From Chloroflexota bacterium (GTDB lineage: Bacteria; Chloroflexota; Dehalococcoidia; E44-bin15), in contig DAOUOW010000001.1 in the NCBI GenBank assembly GCA_030626475.1, forward strand, positions 108 through 64,107: 64,000 nt of DNA, in the 5' to 3' direction. A model generated the notes under the pieces. It searched no databases. It was not told the DNA's origin and worked only from the letters and a program-made list of their open reading frames with translations. The translations under genes and the position numbers were made by a program. Shown piece by piece: positions 28,922 to 39,362 of this stretch; positions within the stretch are counted from its first letter, which is position 1, and each line of letters begins with the position of its first letter.

Positions 28922-29629
28922 GTGCTAACCGTCAATTTCAAGCTCCTCCCCGTAGATAGCGGCAATAGGGTCTTGGATGTTGGCTGCGGTGAGGGAAGGC
29001 ATAGCTATGAGGTTTGCCGCTTGAACCATTGCGCCCTATGTGCTCTGGACATGGACTTCCAGTGCGTGAGGAAGACCCGCTACGTTCTACTCCACATGGA
29101 TTCGCAGCGCGTTTCAAAAGGGTATTGGAATGTAATGCGCGCCGATGCCCTCAGCCTCCCGTTCAAAGATGCCTCCTTCGACAGGATAATATGCTCTGAG
29201 GTGCTGGAGCACGTGGCGGATGATGAGCTGGGGATCAGGGAGCTGGTGAGGGTACTGAAGCCTGGCGGGGCGATGGCCATCACCGTTCCCACTTACCTCA
29301 CTGAAACAGTCTACTGGACCCTGGATCAAGACTATTATAACCATCCCGGCGGTCATGTGAGGAAGTATAAGACCCAAGAACTTTTGCGTTCTCTGGCAAG
29401 GAATCACATGGCTATTTACGCCATTCATCATGAGCATGCCTTCCATTCTATATATTGGCTGCTGCGCTGTATCTTCAGACTTAAGAATGAGGAGGCCCGA
29501 ATTCCAGCTCTATACTTCAAACTGCTGGAGTGGCATATATTAACCAAGTCCAGGTTCATTAGCCTTATGGAGCGGATCTTAAACTTCGTCTTCCCCAAAA
29601 GCGTAGTTATTTACGCCAGGAAATTGTAA
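28922..29629 (+). CDS. Class I SAM-dependent methyltransferase
   Basis: VLDVGCGEGRHS motif I and LPFKDASFDRIIC. Start is immediately adjacent to the upstream GT4 stop. Confidence 0.75.
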   Translation: MLTVNFKLLPVDSGNRVLDVGCGEGRHSYEVCRLNHCALCALDMDFQCVRKTRYVLLHMDSQRVSKGYWNVMRADALSLPFKDASFDRIICSEVLEHVADDELGIRELVRVLKPGGAMAITVPTYLTETVYWTLDQDYYNHPGGHVRKYKTQELLRSLARNHMAIYAIHHEHAFHSIYWLLRCIFRLKNEEARIPALYFKLLEWHILTKSRFISLMERILNFVFPKSVVIYARKL

Positions 29630-29642
29630 CTATTGGGGGATT

Positions 29643-30899
29643 ATGTTGAAAATATGCCTTCTTTGCTATCGGGGAAACAAGTACTGCGGCGGTCAGGGGA
29701 TTTATCTCTATTACCTCTCCCGTGAATTGCAGCGCATGGGGCATGAGGTGGATGTAATAGTGGGACCTCCGTACCCCGATATTGCCGAGGGCATCAGGAT
29801 GCACAGGTTGGAAAGCCTGAACCTCTACGATCGGCTAATTGAAGGGAAGAAGGGTTTTCTCCCCCAGGACAACCCGCTGCATATTCTCACTCCCCTCAAC
29901 CTCTTCGAACTCGGGGCGACCTCCCTAGGTATGTTCCCGGAGATATTTACCTTCAGCATCAGAGCCTATCTCAGGATTCGCCAGCTTCTTCCCCATCATC
30001 GCTTCGATATTGTCCATGATAACCAGTGCCTGGCCTATGGTTTACTCCAGATAAGAGCCTCGGGGCTGCCTGTGGTGGCCACCATCCATCATCCACTGCC
30101 TATCGATACTAAGGCTGACCTGGCTCAGACATCAAGTATCCGAAAGAAGATCAGGCGCACCCTTTTCTATCCCCCGTTTATGCAGGGCATCGTCGCCAGA
30201 AGGCTGGATGGAGTGATTACCGATTCTGAGAGTTCGGCGCAGGAGATAAGGAGGATATTCAAGGTGCCCCCGGGCAAAATGAGAACCGTTTATCTCGGCG
30301 TGGATACCAACGTCTTCCGCAAACTGGACGGGCATAACAAGGAGTCCAATAGCCTGATAATGGTAGGCAGAACCGAGGATCGAAAGAAGGGCATCATCTA
30401 CTTGCTTCAGGCCCTCAGACTGCTCAAGGGGGATGACCTCCGTCCCAAAGTGACCATTGTCGATCAGGTGAACTCAGGAAGCCTGGCCCTGGATTTGGTC
30501 AGTAAGTATGCACTACAGGATATGGTTAGCTTTACCGGGAGGTTAACCACAGAGGAGTTGGTGAGCCACTATTCAGCAGCGGAGGTTGCTATAACCCCCT
30601 CTGTTTATGAGGGTTTTGGGCTTCCTGTTGCCGAGGCTATGGCCTGCGAGGTCCCTGTGATCGCTACCCGTGCCGGGGCTCTTCCCGAAGTGGTGGGAGA
30701 AGGGGAGACCGGGATTTTGGTGCCTCCCCAGGACCCCCATGCCCTGGCCAGCGCTATCAAGCGCCTCCTTGCGGATGAATCTATGCGCCGCAGGATGGGC
30801 AGTGAGGGCAGAAGACGGGTACAAAAGCACTTCTCATGGCCAGAGGCGGCAAGTAAAATGCTTCAGGTATATGAGGAGGTTTTATCTCAGCGTCGCTAG
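29643..30899 (+). CDS. Glycosyltransferase family 4, paralog B
   Basis: N-terminus nearly identical in pattern to paralog A (MLKICLLCYRGNKYCGGQGIYLYYLSRELQRMGHEVDV). EGFGLPVAEAMACEVPVIAT motif. Confidence 0.75.
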   Translation: MLKICLLCYRGNKYCGGQGIYLYYLSRELQRMGHEVDVIVGPPYPDIAEGIRMHRLESLNLYDRLIEGKKGFLPQDNPLHILTPLNLFELGATSLGMFPEIFTFSIRAYLRIRQLLPHHRFDIVHDNQCLAYGLLQIRASGLPVVATIHHPLPIDTKADLAQTSSIRKKIRRTLFYPPFMQGIVARRLDGVITDSESSAQEIRRIFKVPPGKMRTVYLGVDTNVFRKLDGHNKESNSLIMVGRTEDRKKGIIYLLQALRLLKGDDLRPKVTIVDQVNSGSLALDLVSKYALQDMVSFTGRLTTEELVSHYSAAEVAITPSVYEGFGLPVAEAMACEVPVIATRAGALPEVVGEGETGILVPPQDPHALASAIKRLLADESMRRRMGSEGRRRVQKHFSWPEAASKMLQVYEEVLSQRR

Positions 30900-31663
30900 C
30901 TCTTTGGGGTGCACTTGATAACGATGACATCGCTCAGCGAGGGAAATCTGCGAGCAATCCTATCCCCGAAGGCTAATATGATTGCTGAAATCCTCCGCGG
31001 CAAGAGGGCCAGTATCTTCCCCCAATAAGGAGCCATCCACAGCAAAGAGATGCCGAGGGTCTTTTTGACCTCAAAATGGCGACTGACCACGCTTTTGAGC
31101 AACTGGTAATCGAATTTGTAGGTATGGTCCGGAGGGGGCTGCCAAGGCTGCCTCTCATTCTTCTCCCGAAAGGGAAGCCTCTTGCCTATAGGATACCAAA
31201 GCCTCCCCAGGCGGCAGCTGAGGCTTTCGAAATTGGCGACAGCGATTATCGCCTCCCCATCGGGCTTGAGAACATGATGCATCTCCTCCACCGTCTTTTC
31301 CGGATCGAGGAAGTGGTCCAGGGAACCCTTGCACATGACTTTATCCAGGGAGTGCTTTCTGAACGGGAGTGCCTCACCAATCCCGCGTACCAGGGAAACA
31401 TCGCTTTCGCCTACATGCCCTTTAGCCGCGGTGAGCATTTTCCTTGAGGGATCAAGTCCTATCGCCTTTCCCCCCTTTATCGCCAAATGGATGATGCCCA
31501 TCGCCCGGCCACAGCCGATATCGAGAACAATCTCCCCCGGGGTGAGAGAAACCATGCCCAGGGTTTTCTCATCCACCTTGGAAAAGACGAAAGCGGTATC
31601 AGGATAAACCTTTTCTGGAACTACCCCGGCGTCATCCCACTCCAGGTCAACCCCTCTCTCCAT
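30896..31663 (-). CDS. Class I SAM-dependent methyltransferase
   Basis: LDIGCGRAMG motif I, 255 aa. Convergent with GT4 paralog B, overlapping it by 4 nt. Confidence 0.7.
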   Translation of the reverse strand: MERGVDLEWDDAGVVPEKVYPDTAFVFSKVDEKTLGMVSLTPGEIVLDIGCGRAMGIIHLAIKGGKAIGLDPSRKMLTAAKGHVGESDVSLVRGIGEALPFRKHSLDKVMCKGSLDHFLDPEKTVEEMHHVLKPDGEAIIAVANFESLSCRLGRLWYPIGKRLPFREKNERQPWQPPPDHTYKFDYQLLKSVVSRHFEVKKTLGISLLWMAPYWGKILALLPRRISAIILAFGDRIARRFPSLSDVIVIKCTPKS

Positions 31664-31674
31664 TGGCCCTCCGC

Positions 31675-32223
31675 TTATCTGCCGTACTTTGCTTTCCCTT
31701 CCTGGTAGAGGTCGCCTCCGTGGGCGTCATTGACCACAGTAGCGGGGAAATTCTCCACCTCAAGGCGCAGGACAGCCTCGGCGCCCAACTCCTCATAGGC
31801 CACCGTATCCGACTTCTTGATCGCCCTGGCGATAAGGGCACCGGCACCGCCGATGGCGGCGAAATAGACCGCCTTGTGCTTTTTGATCGCCTCCTTCACC
31901 TCCTGGGAGCGAGACCCCTTACCTATCATCCCCTTAAGACCCTCGGTCAGCAAACGCGGTGAATAGGCATCCATGCGCCCACTGGTGGTGGGGCCAGCGG
32001 CACCGATAACCTGCCCCGGCTTGGCCGGTGAGGGGCCCATGAAATATATTGTCTGCCCCCGGACATCAAATGGCAAATCCTGTCCCTGATCCAGGGCCTC
32101 GACCATTCTCTTATGGGCTGCATCACGGCCAACATACATGACACCAGTAAGCAAAACGTTGTCCCCGGCTTTGAGGTCTCTTATGGCCTCGTCTGTCAAA
32201 GGTAGTGTAACTTTCTTCTGCAT
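31675..32223 (-). CDS. fumB: Class I fumarate hydratase / Fe-S hydro-lyase beta subunit
   Basis: 182 aa matching the tartrate/fumarate hydro-lyase beta family (GPTTSGRMD, AIGGAGA). Confidence 0.8.
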   Translation of the reverse strand: MQKKVTLPLTDEAIRDLKAGDNVLLTGVMYVGRDAAHKRMVEALDQGQDLPFDVRGQTIYFMGPSPAKPGQVIGAAGPTTSGRMDAYSPRLLTEGLKGMIGKGSRSQEVKEAIKKHKAVYFAAIGGAGALIARAIKKSDTVAYEELGAEAVLRLEVENFPATVVNDAHGGDLYQEGKAKYGR

Positions 32224-32319
32224 TGCTATCCTCCTTAGACCGAAGCGAGAACAATCGAAAGACTACCCCCGCGCCAGTTCGAATATCCTCTAGCTCCCTC
32301 CCAAATTTAGTGAAACCTA

Positions 32320-33162
32320 TTAGCGTTTCGCTGTAAATTCTGGCACTGGCAGCTTGGGTTTTTCCTCTGCTGGAGGCGGAGCTACAAGAGACGGCTCTTT
32401 CTTTTTGCGCAATCTCAAAGTTTGTGCCAGCACTGTCCTCTTGAGCAATTGAATAGCCAAGGCGGGGTCCACCCCCTTAGGGCAAGCCTCAGAGCAAGCT
32501 CCGGCAAGGTGGCAAAGCCAAACGCCATGCCCAGAGTCAACTATAGCAGTCCTTTCCCTTACCCCCTCATCTCGACTATCTGCGCAATACCGATAAGCCT
32601 GAGCCAATGACTGAGGTCCTAAGAAGAGCACATCTGTAGCTGAAGTAGGGCAAGCCGCCAGGCATATCCCACATTTCACGCAATAGCTAAACTGCAAGTA
32701 TTCCTCTAGCTCTTGAGGCGACTGGGTATATTCAGCAGTAGGCTCCTCCATCTCCTCACTATCCGAGCGCAGGATGTAAGGCTTTATTGCCTTGTGGCTC
32801 TCAAATAGTGGGATGAGATCAGGGATGAGGTCTTTTATGATGCCATAATTAGGCAGGGACTTGATTTCTACTACATCTTTCCCCAGCTCCTCCACCGGCG
32901 TGTGGCACGCGAGCTTGGGCAAGCCATTAATCAGCATGCCACAGGAGCCACAAATACCCATCCGGCACGAGGTGCGAAAGGCGAGGGTGTTATCTATCTT
33001 TTCCTTGATGTAGTTAAGACCATCAAGCACTGTCATACCTTTGGTGAAGGGGATGACAAACTCCTGCAAATGAGACTTCTCATCACGAGTGGGCTCATAC
33101 CTTTGAACCCTGAACGTCAGTTCTTCCGCAGTTAAACTTTTCTCTTTCTCTGTCATAACCAT
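32320..33162 (-). CDS. sdhB: Succinate dehydrogenase / fumarate reductase iron-sulfur subunit
   Basis: CRMGICGSCGML [2Fe-2S] motif, plus CVKCGICLAACP and CHLAGACSEACP Fe-S motifs. Confidence 0.85.
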   Translation of the reverse strand: MVMTEKEKSLTAEELTFRVQRYEPTRDEKSHLQEFVIPFTKGMTVLDGLNYIKEKIDNTLAFRTSCRMGICGSCGMLINGLPKLACHTPVEELGKDVVEIKSLPNYGIIKDLIPDLIPLFESHKAIKPYILRSDSEEMEEPTAEYTQSPQELEEYLQFSYCVKCGICLAACPTSATDVLFLGPQSLAQAYRYCADSRDEGVRERTAIVDSGHGVWLCHLAGACSEACPKGVDPALAIQLLKRTVLAQTLRLRKKKEPSLVAPPPAEEKPKLPVPEFTAKR

Positions 33163-33167
33163 CTCTC

Positions 33168-33530
33168 CTAGGAATAATAGGCATTAAGCGCAATAAAAGT
33201 TCCATATCCAAAGACGGCAATCCCGATTCCCATCATAATGTAATTAAGCGAACGGGCGATAACAGGCGGCCAAGGTAGCTCCATAAGAACAACCCTCAAA
33301 CCATAAAGCGCGTGGTAAATAGCCACCGCCAAAAGGATAATGTAGAAGCTGGCCCAGCCGGCGCTGGTTGCCCTGTCCATTACACTGCCCCATGATGTTG
33401 GCTCCTCTATATGTACGCCAAAGACGCCAGCGAAATCATCCAACCGTAGCGCTGTGACATGTGCCGCGATAAGGAAAAACACAGCAACCCCGGTAATCAG
33501 CTGTAGAACACGAAAGTAAGATTGACGCAT
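33168..33530 (-). CDS. Succinate dehydrogenase / fumarate reductase membrane anchor subunit (small)
   Basis: 120-aa, 3-TM protein located between sdhC and sdhB. Confidence 0.5.
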   Translation of the reverse strand: MRQSYFRVLQLITGVAVFFLIAAHVTALRLDDFAGVFGVHIEEPTSWGSVMDRATSAGWASFYIILLAVAIYHALYGLRVVLMELPWPPVIARSLNYIMMGIGIAVFGYGTFIALNAYYS

Positions 33531-33539
33531 TGCACACCT

Positions 33540-33983
33540 CTATACTACAAAGTCAATTAGGATAAGGAGCAGAAGAATCGCTCCCAGCGCACCCATTGCC
33601 AATACGATGGGGCGCCTTCGTTGCAGAGCATGACTATAAGGATATATCGGTGGTTTGGGAGCACCTAAGGTGTAACCCAGTTGCTGCAGAATGAGCCTTA
33701 GCCCGTTAAGGGCATGGATGAGAAAGGCGGCAATAACAAGGTACTCCCCGACTGCGAATACCGGGTTCTCAAACAGGCTCATGGTGTCTTCCCAAAGCCC
33801 CTCTCCGCTAATGCGCATACCATTGGCTGTGAGGTGGAGGATGCCGTATAAAATTATGCCGAGCCCGGTCACCCTCTGGAGAGTATAGAGATAGCGCTCC
33901 ACATTATATCTGCCAGCCCATACCCAACCCCAGATACCCAGGTAATTCTTCAACGGTTTCTTCTTCACTTCTGCCACGTTCAT
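33540..33983 (-). CDS. Succinate dehydrogenase / fumarate reductase cytochrome b subunit
   Basis: 147-aa TM protein with His residues, immediately downstream of sdhA. Confidence 0.55.
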   Translation of the reverse strand: MNVAEVKKKPLKNYLGIWGWVWAGRYNVERYLYTLQRVTGLGIILYGILHLTANGMRISGEGLWEDTMSLFENPVFAVGEYLVIAAFLIHALNGLRLILQQLGYTLGAPKPPIYPYSHALQRRRPIVLAMGALGAILLLLILIDFVV

Positions 33984-33986
33984 AGG

Positions 33987-35702
33987 TCAATACTTCCTTT
34001 CTACCGGCTGCCACATCGTAATGGTCATCGGAATATAGTCAAGCCGTGGTCCTTCTGGGGTATAGTAAGCCAAGGTATGTTTGCCCCAATTAACATCGTC
34101 TCTCTGGGGGCAGTCCCTCCGGGAATGAGACCCCCGAGATTCAGTGCGTGCTATTCCTCCGACTACGATCGCTTCTGCTATATCGAGGAGGTTAGCCACT
34201 TCCAAAATATTGAGAAGGTTAGTATTGTACACCCTGCTTTCGTCCTTGACCCGCACCCTCTTCATTCGCTCTCTTAATTCCCTTATTTTCTCTAGCGCCT
34301 TCTCCATCTCCGGACCGGTGCGGAAAACCCCCACCTGACGATCCATGGCGCTTTGCAGTTCGCTTCTGATGACGTAAACGTCTTCCTCGCCGCTCTGATG
34401 GCGGTACTGGTCAAATATGAGCGCCTCCTCCTGACGCACCCTTTCTTGAGAAACCGAAACCAGAGCTTTTTGTTCTCGGGCAAATTTAGCTGCTTTTTCA
34501 CCGGTGATCTTCCCCCAGAGCAAGCACTCAGCAGTGGAATTGGAGCCGAGACGATTTGCCCCATGTAACGAAATACAAGCAGCCTCACCTGAAGCCCAGA
34601 TTCCTTGTATTGGGGTTGCGCCATCGATATCGACATGGATACCACCCATGAAATAATGAGCCGCTGGTCGAATGGGGATAGGCTCATCAATAGGGTCGAT
34701 GAAAGCCAACTTTATCGCCACCTCCCTTATTAAGGGCAGGCGCTCATTGATCTTCGCCGCACCGAGATGGCGCAGGTCTATGTGTAAGTAGTCCAGGCCG
34801 TCAGGTCCTGGGAATCCCCTTCCCTCCTCGATCTCAGTTATCTCGGAGCGAGACACGATATCCCTGGGAGCTGTTTCCTTTCTCTCAGGGGCATACTTTT
34901 CCATAAATCTTTCGCCCTTGTTATTTCTCAGATAGCCTCCTTCACCCCTCGCTGCTTCGGTAATTAGGATGCCGGAGGGTATCAGCCCAGTAGGATGAAA
35001 CTGGACGAACTCCATGTCCTTGATTGGGAACCCAGCCCTGTAGGCCATGGCCAGGCCATCCCCGGTAGCGGTGAGGGAATAAGTGGTAAAACCAAACATA
35101 CGACAGGCACCACCGGTAGCGATAACCAAAGCCTTCGCCCTGATCACGAAAAACTCGCCACTTGTCAAATCCCACACCGTTACCCCTTGAAAGGAATTGT
35201 CGCCCACCAAGATTGAGGTCACATAGCACTCATCATAACGGGTGACAGAGGCATACTTTTGGAGGATATCATAGAGGGTCTGCATCTCAAAGAAGCCGGT
35301 TTTATCGGCGGCGAAAACAGCTCGGTCGAAGGTATGACCACCAAAGGCTCGTTGGTCGATGCGACCATCAGGACGGCGCGACCAGGGGATACCCCAGTGC
35401 TCTAGCTGCAGGATCTCTTGCGGCATTTCTTCGACGAAGCGCTGCACAACATCCTGGTCAGCCAGGAAGTCGCTTCCCCTCACTGTGTCCCAGGCATGCA
35501 GCTCGAAGCTATCGCCCTCTTCGGGGCGCATCATTGCCGCTGTACCGCCTTCGGCACAAACCGAGTGGGAACGCATTAGCTGAACTTTGGAAACGATGGC
35601 AATATCCAGCTCCCCTTTGCTCACCCGGGCTGCCTCAACCGCCGCTCGCAGTCCTGCTATCCCAGAGCCTAAAACTAGCAGATCGTGACTAACACCATTC
35701 AT
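33987..35702 (-). CDS. sdhA: Succinate dehydrogenase / fumarate reductase flavoprotein subunit
   Basis: GSGIAGLRAA FAD-binding motif and RSHSVCAEGG covalent-FAD histidine motif. 571 aa. RBS AAGGGGG. Confidence 0.9.
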   Translation of the reverse strand: MNGVSHDLLVLGSGIAGLRAAVEAARVSKGELDIAIVSKVQLMRSHSVCAEGGTAAMMRPEEGDSFELHAWDTVRGSDFLADQDVVQRFVEEMPQEILQLEHWGIPWSRRPDGRIDQRAFGGHTFDRAVFAADKTGFFEMQTLYDILQKYASVTRYDECYVTSILVGDNSFQGVTVWDLTSGEFFVIRAKALVIATGGACRMFGFTTYSLTATGDGLAMAYRAGFPIKDMEFVQFHPTGLIPSGILITEAARGEGGYLRNNKGERFMEKYAPERKETAPRDIVSRSEITEIEEGRGFPGPDGLDYLHIDLRHLGAAKINERLPLIREVAIKLAFIDPIDEPIPIRPAAHYFMGGIHVDIDGATPIQGIWASGEAACISLHGANRLGSNSTAECLLWGKITGEKAAKFAREQKALVSVSQERVRQEEALIFDQYRHQSGEEDVYVIRSELQSAMDRQVGVFRTGPEMEKALEKIRELRERMKRVRVKDESRVYNTNLLNILEVANLLDIAEAIVVGGIARTESRGSHSRRDCPQRDDVNWGKHTLAYYTPEGPRLDYIPMTITMWQPVERKY

Positions 35703-35975
35703 TCTACCCCCTTATCGACATCAGCAAAATGGCTCCGAATGAAATATGAGACTACACTGAGCCCTGGAGCCATCTCGCTGAAAGCTCGACGGTCATAATT
35801 TTGCCTTTTTCTTCACACCCTGTGATTTTGGCGGGGGGAGTTCCATGGCAAAGGACATAAGATACCTTGGAGAGCATTGACCACGCTAATAGTACAAGGA
35901 CATGATCTCCCCCCATCTCCTTAACCTTTGCCACAAATTCGCTTTGCAGCCTGTTACTGGAAATGGTGAGCGCCT

Positions 35976-36821
35976 CTAAAGCACCGCCTCCTTGTGCCGA
36001 GCAGCGTGGCATTGCAGGTTTACCGCCACGGGAAGGCTGGCTATGTGCGCAGGGAAGACCTCAGCATGCACCGCTAGGGCAGTAATTCTTCCCCCGAAGC
36101 CTTGCGGTCCAACGCCGGTATTATTAACCCGTTCCAGGATTTCCCGCTCTAGCTCCGCCACCTCAGGGTCAGGATTAGGCTCTCCCACCCGGCGCAGCAG
36201 CACCTTCTTGGCCAGGATCATTGCCTTGTCTGCCGTGCCTCCAATCCCCACCCCGACAATCACCGGAGGACAAGGATTGCTTCCCGCCTCGTCAACCGCC
36301 CTCACCACGAAGTCGACGACCCCCTGGCGACCTTCCGCCGGCTTGAGCATGGCAAGGCGGCTCATATTCTCACTGCCGCCTCCTTTGGGCATCACCGTGA
36401 TGTGGAGCTTATCGCCGCTCACCACTTCGGTGTGAATAACAGCAGGGGTGTTATCCCTGGTGTTCACCCTTGCCGAGAAGGGCTGGCGCGCTATCGACTT
36501 TCGCAGATAACCCTCGTTGTAGCCCTGGCGTACCCCCTCCTCCACCGCAGCGTAAAGGTCGCCGCCGACGATGTGAACATCCTGGCCCAGCTCGAGATAG
36601 ACCACAGCGAAGCCACAGTCCTGACAAATAGGAATGCGCTCCTTAGCCGCAATATCCGCATTTTCCAGAATCTGCTCTAAGACCTGGCGTCCTAAAGGGG
36701 ACTCCTCCCTCTCTATCCCCTGCTTCAGGGAATCCAAGACATCATCCCCAAGAAAGAAGTTTGCCTCCTGAAACAGGCGAGCCACGGTTTCGGTCACTTT
36801 CTTGGCATCAATCTCTCTCAT
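35976..36821 (-). CDS. fumA: Class I fumarate hydratase / Fe-S hydro-lyase alpha subunit
   Basis: CQDCGFAVVYLELG cluster-ligand region, 281 aa. Confidence 0.85.
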   Translation of the reverse strand: MREIDAKKVTETVARLFQEANFFLGDDVLDSLKQGIEREESPLGRQVLEQILENADIAAKERIPICQDCGFAVVYLELGQDVHIVGGDLYAAVEEGVRQGYNEGYLRKSIARQPFSARVNTRDNTPAVIHTEVVSGDKLHITVMPKGGGSENMSRLAMLKPAEGRQGVVDFVVRAVDEAGSNPCPPVIVGVGIGGTADKAMILAKKVLLRRVGEPNPDPEVAELEREILERVNNTGVGPQGFGGRITALAVHAEVFPAHIASLPVAVNLQCHAARHKEAVL

Positions 36822-36836
36822 AGCCCTTACCCTTAA

Positions 36837-37763
36837 TCAGAGCTTCATAATGTTGACCAGCTCCCTCACCGCCTCAGCTGACTTCTTCAGCGCAGCATCC
36901 TCCTCAGAGTCCAGCTTTATCTCGATGATTTGCTCGACCCCATTCGCCCCCACCTTTATCGGGACGCTCAAAAATACCCCCTTGATGCCATATTCGCCAT
37001 CGAGATAAACGGCGCAAGGGAGTATCCTCTTCTTATCGAGGAGGATTGAATCCACCATCTGGGCCACCGCCGCCGATGGGGCATAGTAAGCACTGCCAGT
37101 CTTGAGCAGGCTAACGATCTCGCCGCCGCCCTTCACCGTGCGCGTGACGATACGCTCGATGGTCTCTGGGGGCAGAATATTGGTTATCGGCACGCCGCCA
37201 ACAGTGGAGAGTCTGGGGATGGGCACCATGCTATCGCCATGTCCCCCCAGGACACAGGCAAAGACATCCTCCACCGAGACATCGAGTTCCGCAGCGAGGA
37301 AGGTTCTAAATCTGGTGGTATCGAGGATGCCTGACATGCCTATAACACGGTTCTTGGGAAACTTACTCACATGAAGCGCGAGTTGAGCCATAGCATCCAG
37401 GGGGTTGGTAACCACGATAATGATGCAATTAGGGGAATACTTCACCACGCTCTCGGTGACCCCTTTAATGATCTCCATATTGGTGAACAGCAGGTCGTCC
37501 CGGCTCATCCCTGGCTTTCTCGGCACACCAGAGGTGATGACAGCGATGTCGGAATCCGCCGTCTCCTCATAGCTGTTGCTGCCGATGAGGCGGGCATCGG
37601 AAGAAACCACAGGGCCGCTCTCGAGCATGTCCAGGGCCTTCCCCTGGGGTAGCCCCTCGATAATGTCCACCAGCACCACATCGGCATGTCCCCGCTCAGC
37701 GAGCCTTTGGACGCAACTAGCGCCTACATTCCCGGCACCAACAACTGTTACTTTTTTGCGCAT
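36837..37763 (-). CDS. mdh: Malate dehydrogenase (LDH-like family)
   Basis: [13 protein letters not shown]-binding motif and an Arg-containing substrate loop ([13 protein letters not shown]). 308 aa. Confidence 0.9.
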   Translation of the reverse strand: MRKKVTVVGAGNVGASCVQRLAERGHADVVLVDIIEGLPQGKALDMLESGPVVSSDARLIGSNSYEETADSDIAVITSGVPRKPGMSRDDLLFTNMEIIKGVTESVVKYSPNCIIIVVTNPLDAMAQLALHVSKFPKNRVIGMSGILDTTRFRTFLAAELDVSVEDVFACVLGGHGDSMVPIPRLSTVGGVPITNILPPETIERIVTRTVKGGGEIVSLLKTGSAYYAPSAAVAQMVDSILLDKKRILPCAVYLDGEYGIKGVFLSVPIKVGANGVEQIIEIKLDSEEDAALKKSAEAVRELVNIMKL

Positions 37764-37767
37764 CGTC

Positions 37768-38850
37768 CTACTCCTCCATTTTTTCTATTACTGCGTCAGC
37801 TACCTCGGAAGTGCTCACCGCTGTGGGGTCGTTGCGATCGGGCTTCATGTCGTAGGTAACCGACTTTCCTTCGACGATAACCTTTGCTACCGCCCTTTCC
37901 ACCCGATCGGCGACTTCTTTCTCCCCCAGATAGCGCAGCATCATCACCCCTGAGAGCATCATGGCCATAGGGTTTACCTTGTTTTGCCCCGTATATTTTG
38001 GGGCGCTGCCGTGCGTGGGTTCAAATACAGCGATATCGTCCCCTATGTTGGCACCAGGGGCAAGGCCGAGGCCACCGATGAGACCAGCACAAAGCTCGGA
38101 GACGATGTCCCCGTAGAGATTGGGCAGAACGAGGACGTCGTGTCGCTGGGGGAAGCGCGCCAGTTGCATGCAAAGGCTATCGACGATTATGGTTTCAAAA
38201 TCTATATCGGGGTATTCCCGGGCTACCTTGGAGGCAGTGGAGAGGAACAGGCCATCAGTGTATTTCAGGATGTTTGCTTTGTGAACCGCGGTCACCCTTT
38301 TCCTGTTATTGGCACGAGCGTAGTCGAAAGCATACTTCACAATCCTTCTCGTGGCGCTTTCGGAGATGGCCTTGATGCTAAAGTTCGAATCGTCCCTGAT
38401 CCCATCAGCGCCGGACTCGATGATGAAACGAGCAAGCATCTCCCCTTCCACGGTCTCCCTTTCGAACTCGATCCCAAGATAAAGGTCCTCCGTGTTCTCC
38501 CTAATGACCACAATATCCACATCTGGGTGCAAAGTGGGGGCCCCGGGGTAGCTCTTACAAGGGCGGAGGCAAACATAAAGGTCCAGCTCTTTGCGCACCG
38601 CTACGTTGACGCTTCTAAAGCCAGAGCCTATGGGGGTAGTGATGGGGCCTTTAAGGGCTACCTTGTGTCTCCTGATCGAGTCCAGCACATAACCGGGGAG
38701 AGGAGTGCCATATGTGTCCTGGGCACGGTCGCCGGCGTAGGCCATATCCCAGTTGAACTTGACCCCCGTGGCTTCCAGCACCCTCACCGCAGCCTCGGTA
38801 ACCTCAGGACCGATGCCATCGCCAGGGATCAGGGTAACATCATAGGCCAA
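37768..38850 (-). CDS. icd: Isocitrate dehydrogenase (isocitrate/isopropylmalate dehydrogenase family)
   Basis: GDGIGPEV motif. [31 protein letters not shown] closely resembles the IDH phospho-serine loop region rather than LeuB. 360 aa. Confidence 0.65.
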   Translation of the reverse strand: MAYDVTLIPGDGIGPEVTEAAVRVLEATGVKFNWDMAYAGDRAQDTYGTPLPGYVLDSIRRHKVALKGPITTPIGSGFRSVNVAVRKELDLYVCLRPCKSYPGAPTLHPDVDIVVIRENTEDLYLGIEFERETVEGEMLARFIIESGADGIRDDSNFSIKAISESATRRIVKYAFDYARANNRKRVTAVHKANILKYTDGLFLSTASKVAREYPDIDFETIIVDSLCMQLARFPQRHDVLVLPNLYGDIVSELCAGLIGGLGLAPGANIGDDIAVFEPTHGSAPKYTGQNKVNPMAMMLSGVMMLRYLGEKEVADRVERAVAKVIVEGKSVTYDMKPDRNDPTAVSTSEVADAVIEKMEE

Positions 38851-38864
38851 GTCGCCGCTCCTTT

Positions 38865-39362
38865 CTAAGAGATGTCGAAGTCTTTGTGCTTCTTAATATA
38901 CGGGATAAGCCCGCCTTCATCAATAATGCTGAGCATTACCTCGGGGAATTTGCCTGAGGTAAGCTCTGACCCGGTGGTAACATTCTTAACCTTACCTCCC
39001 TTGAGATCAACCTCAAGCTCATCCCCATCCCTTATTTTATCACTATCACAAATCAAAACGGGAAGCCCCACATTTATTGCGTTTCTAAAGAAGATTCGTG
39101 CCACCGATTTTGCCACGATGGCGCTCACCCCGGCCATCTTTATGATGACCGCAGCATGCTCTCGGCTAGAGCCTTGACCAAAGTTCCTGCCGGCAACAAT
39201 GAAGTCTCCGGGCTTCACCCGGGAAACAAAATCAGGGTTAACATCCTCGAGAAGATGCTTCGCCAGCTCAGGCAAGTTGCTCCTGAGGTGAAACCACCTC
39301 CCGGGCGCGATGTCATCTGTGGAGATATTATCCCCGAACTTAAACGCTCTTCCCCTAAGCAT
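38865..39362 (-). CDS. leuD: Archaeal-type 3-isopropylmalate dehydratase / homoaconitase small subunit (LeuD-like)
   Basis: 165 aa, FGDNISTDDI motif. Confidence 0.75.
   Translation of the reverse strand: MLRGRAFKFGDNISTDDIAPGRWFHLRSNLPELAKHLLEDVNPDFVSRVKPGDFIVAGRNFGQGSSREHAAVIIKMAGVSAIVAKSVARIFFRNAINVGLPVLICDSDKIRDGDELEVDLKGGKVKNVTTGSELTSGKFPEVMLSIIDEGGLIPYIKKHKDFDIS

Noticed and set aside
35752-36012. 86-aa ORF-track entry overlapping the fumA 3' end
   Set aside because: The long form overlaps fumA. Only the shorter 54-aa version from the internal ATG is retained as a low-interest finding.
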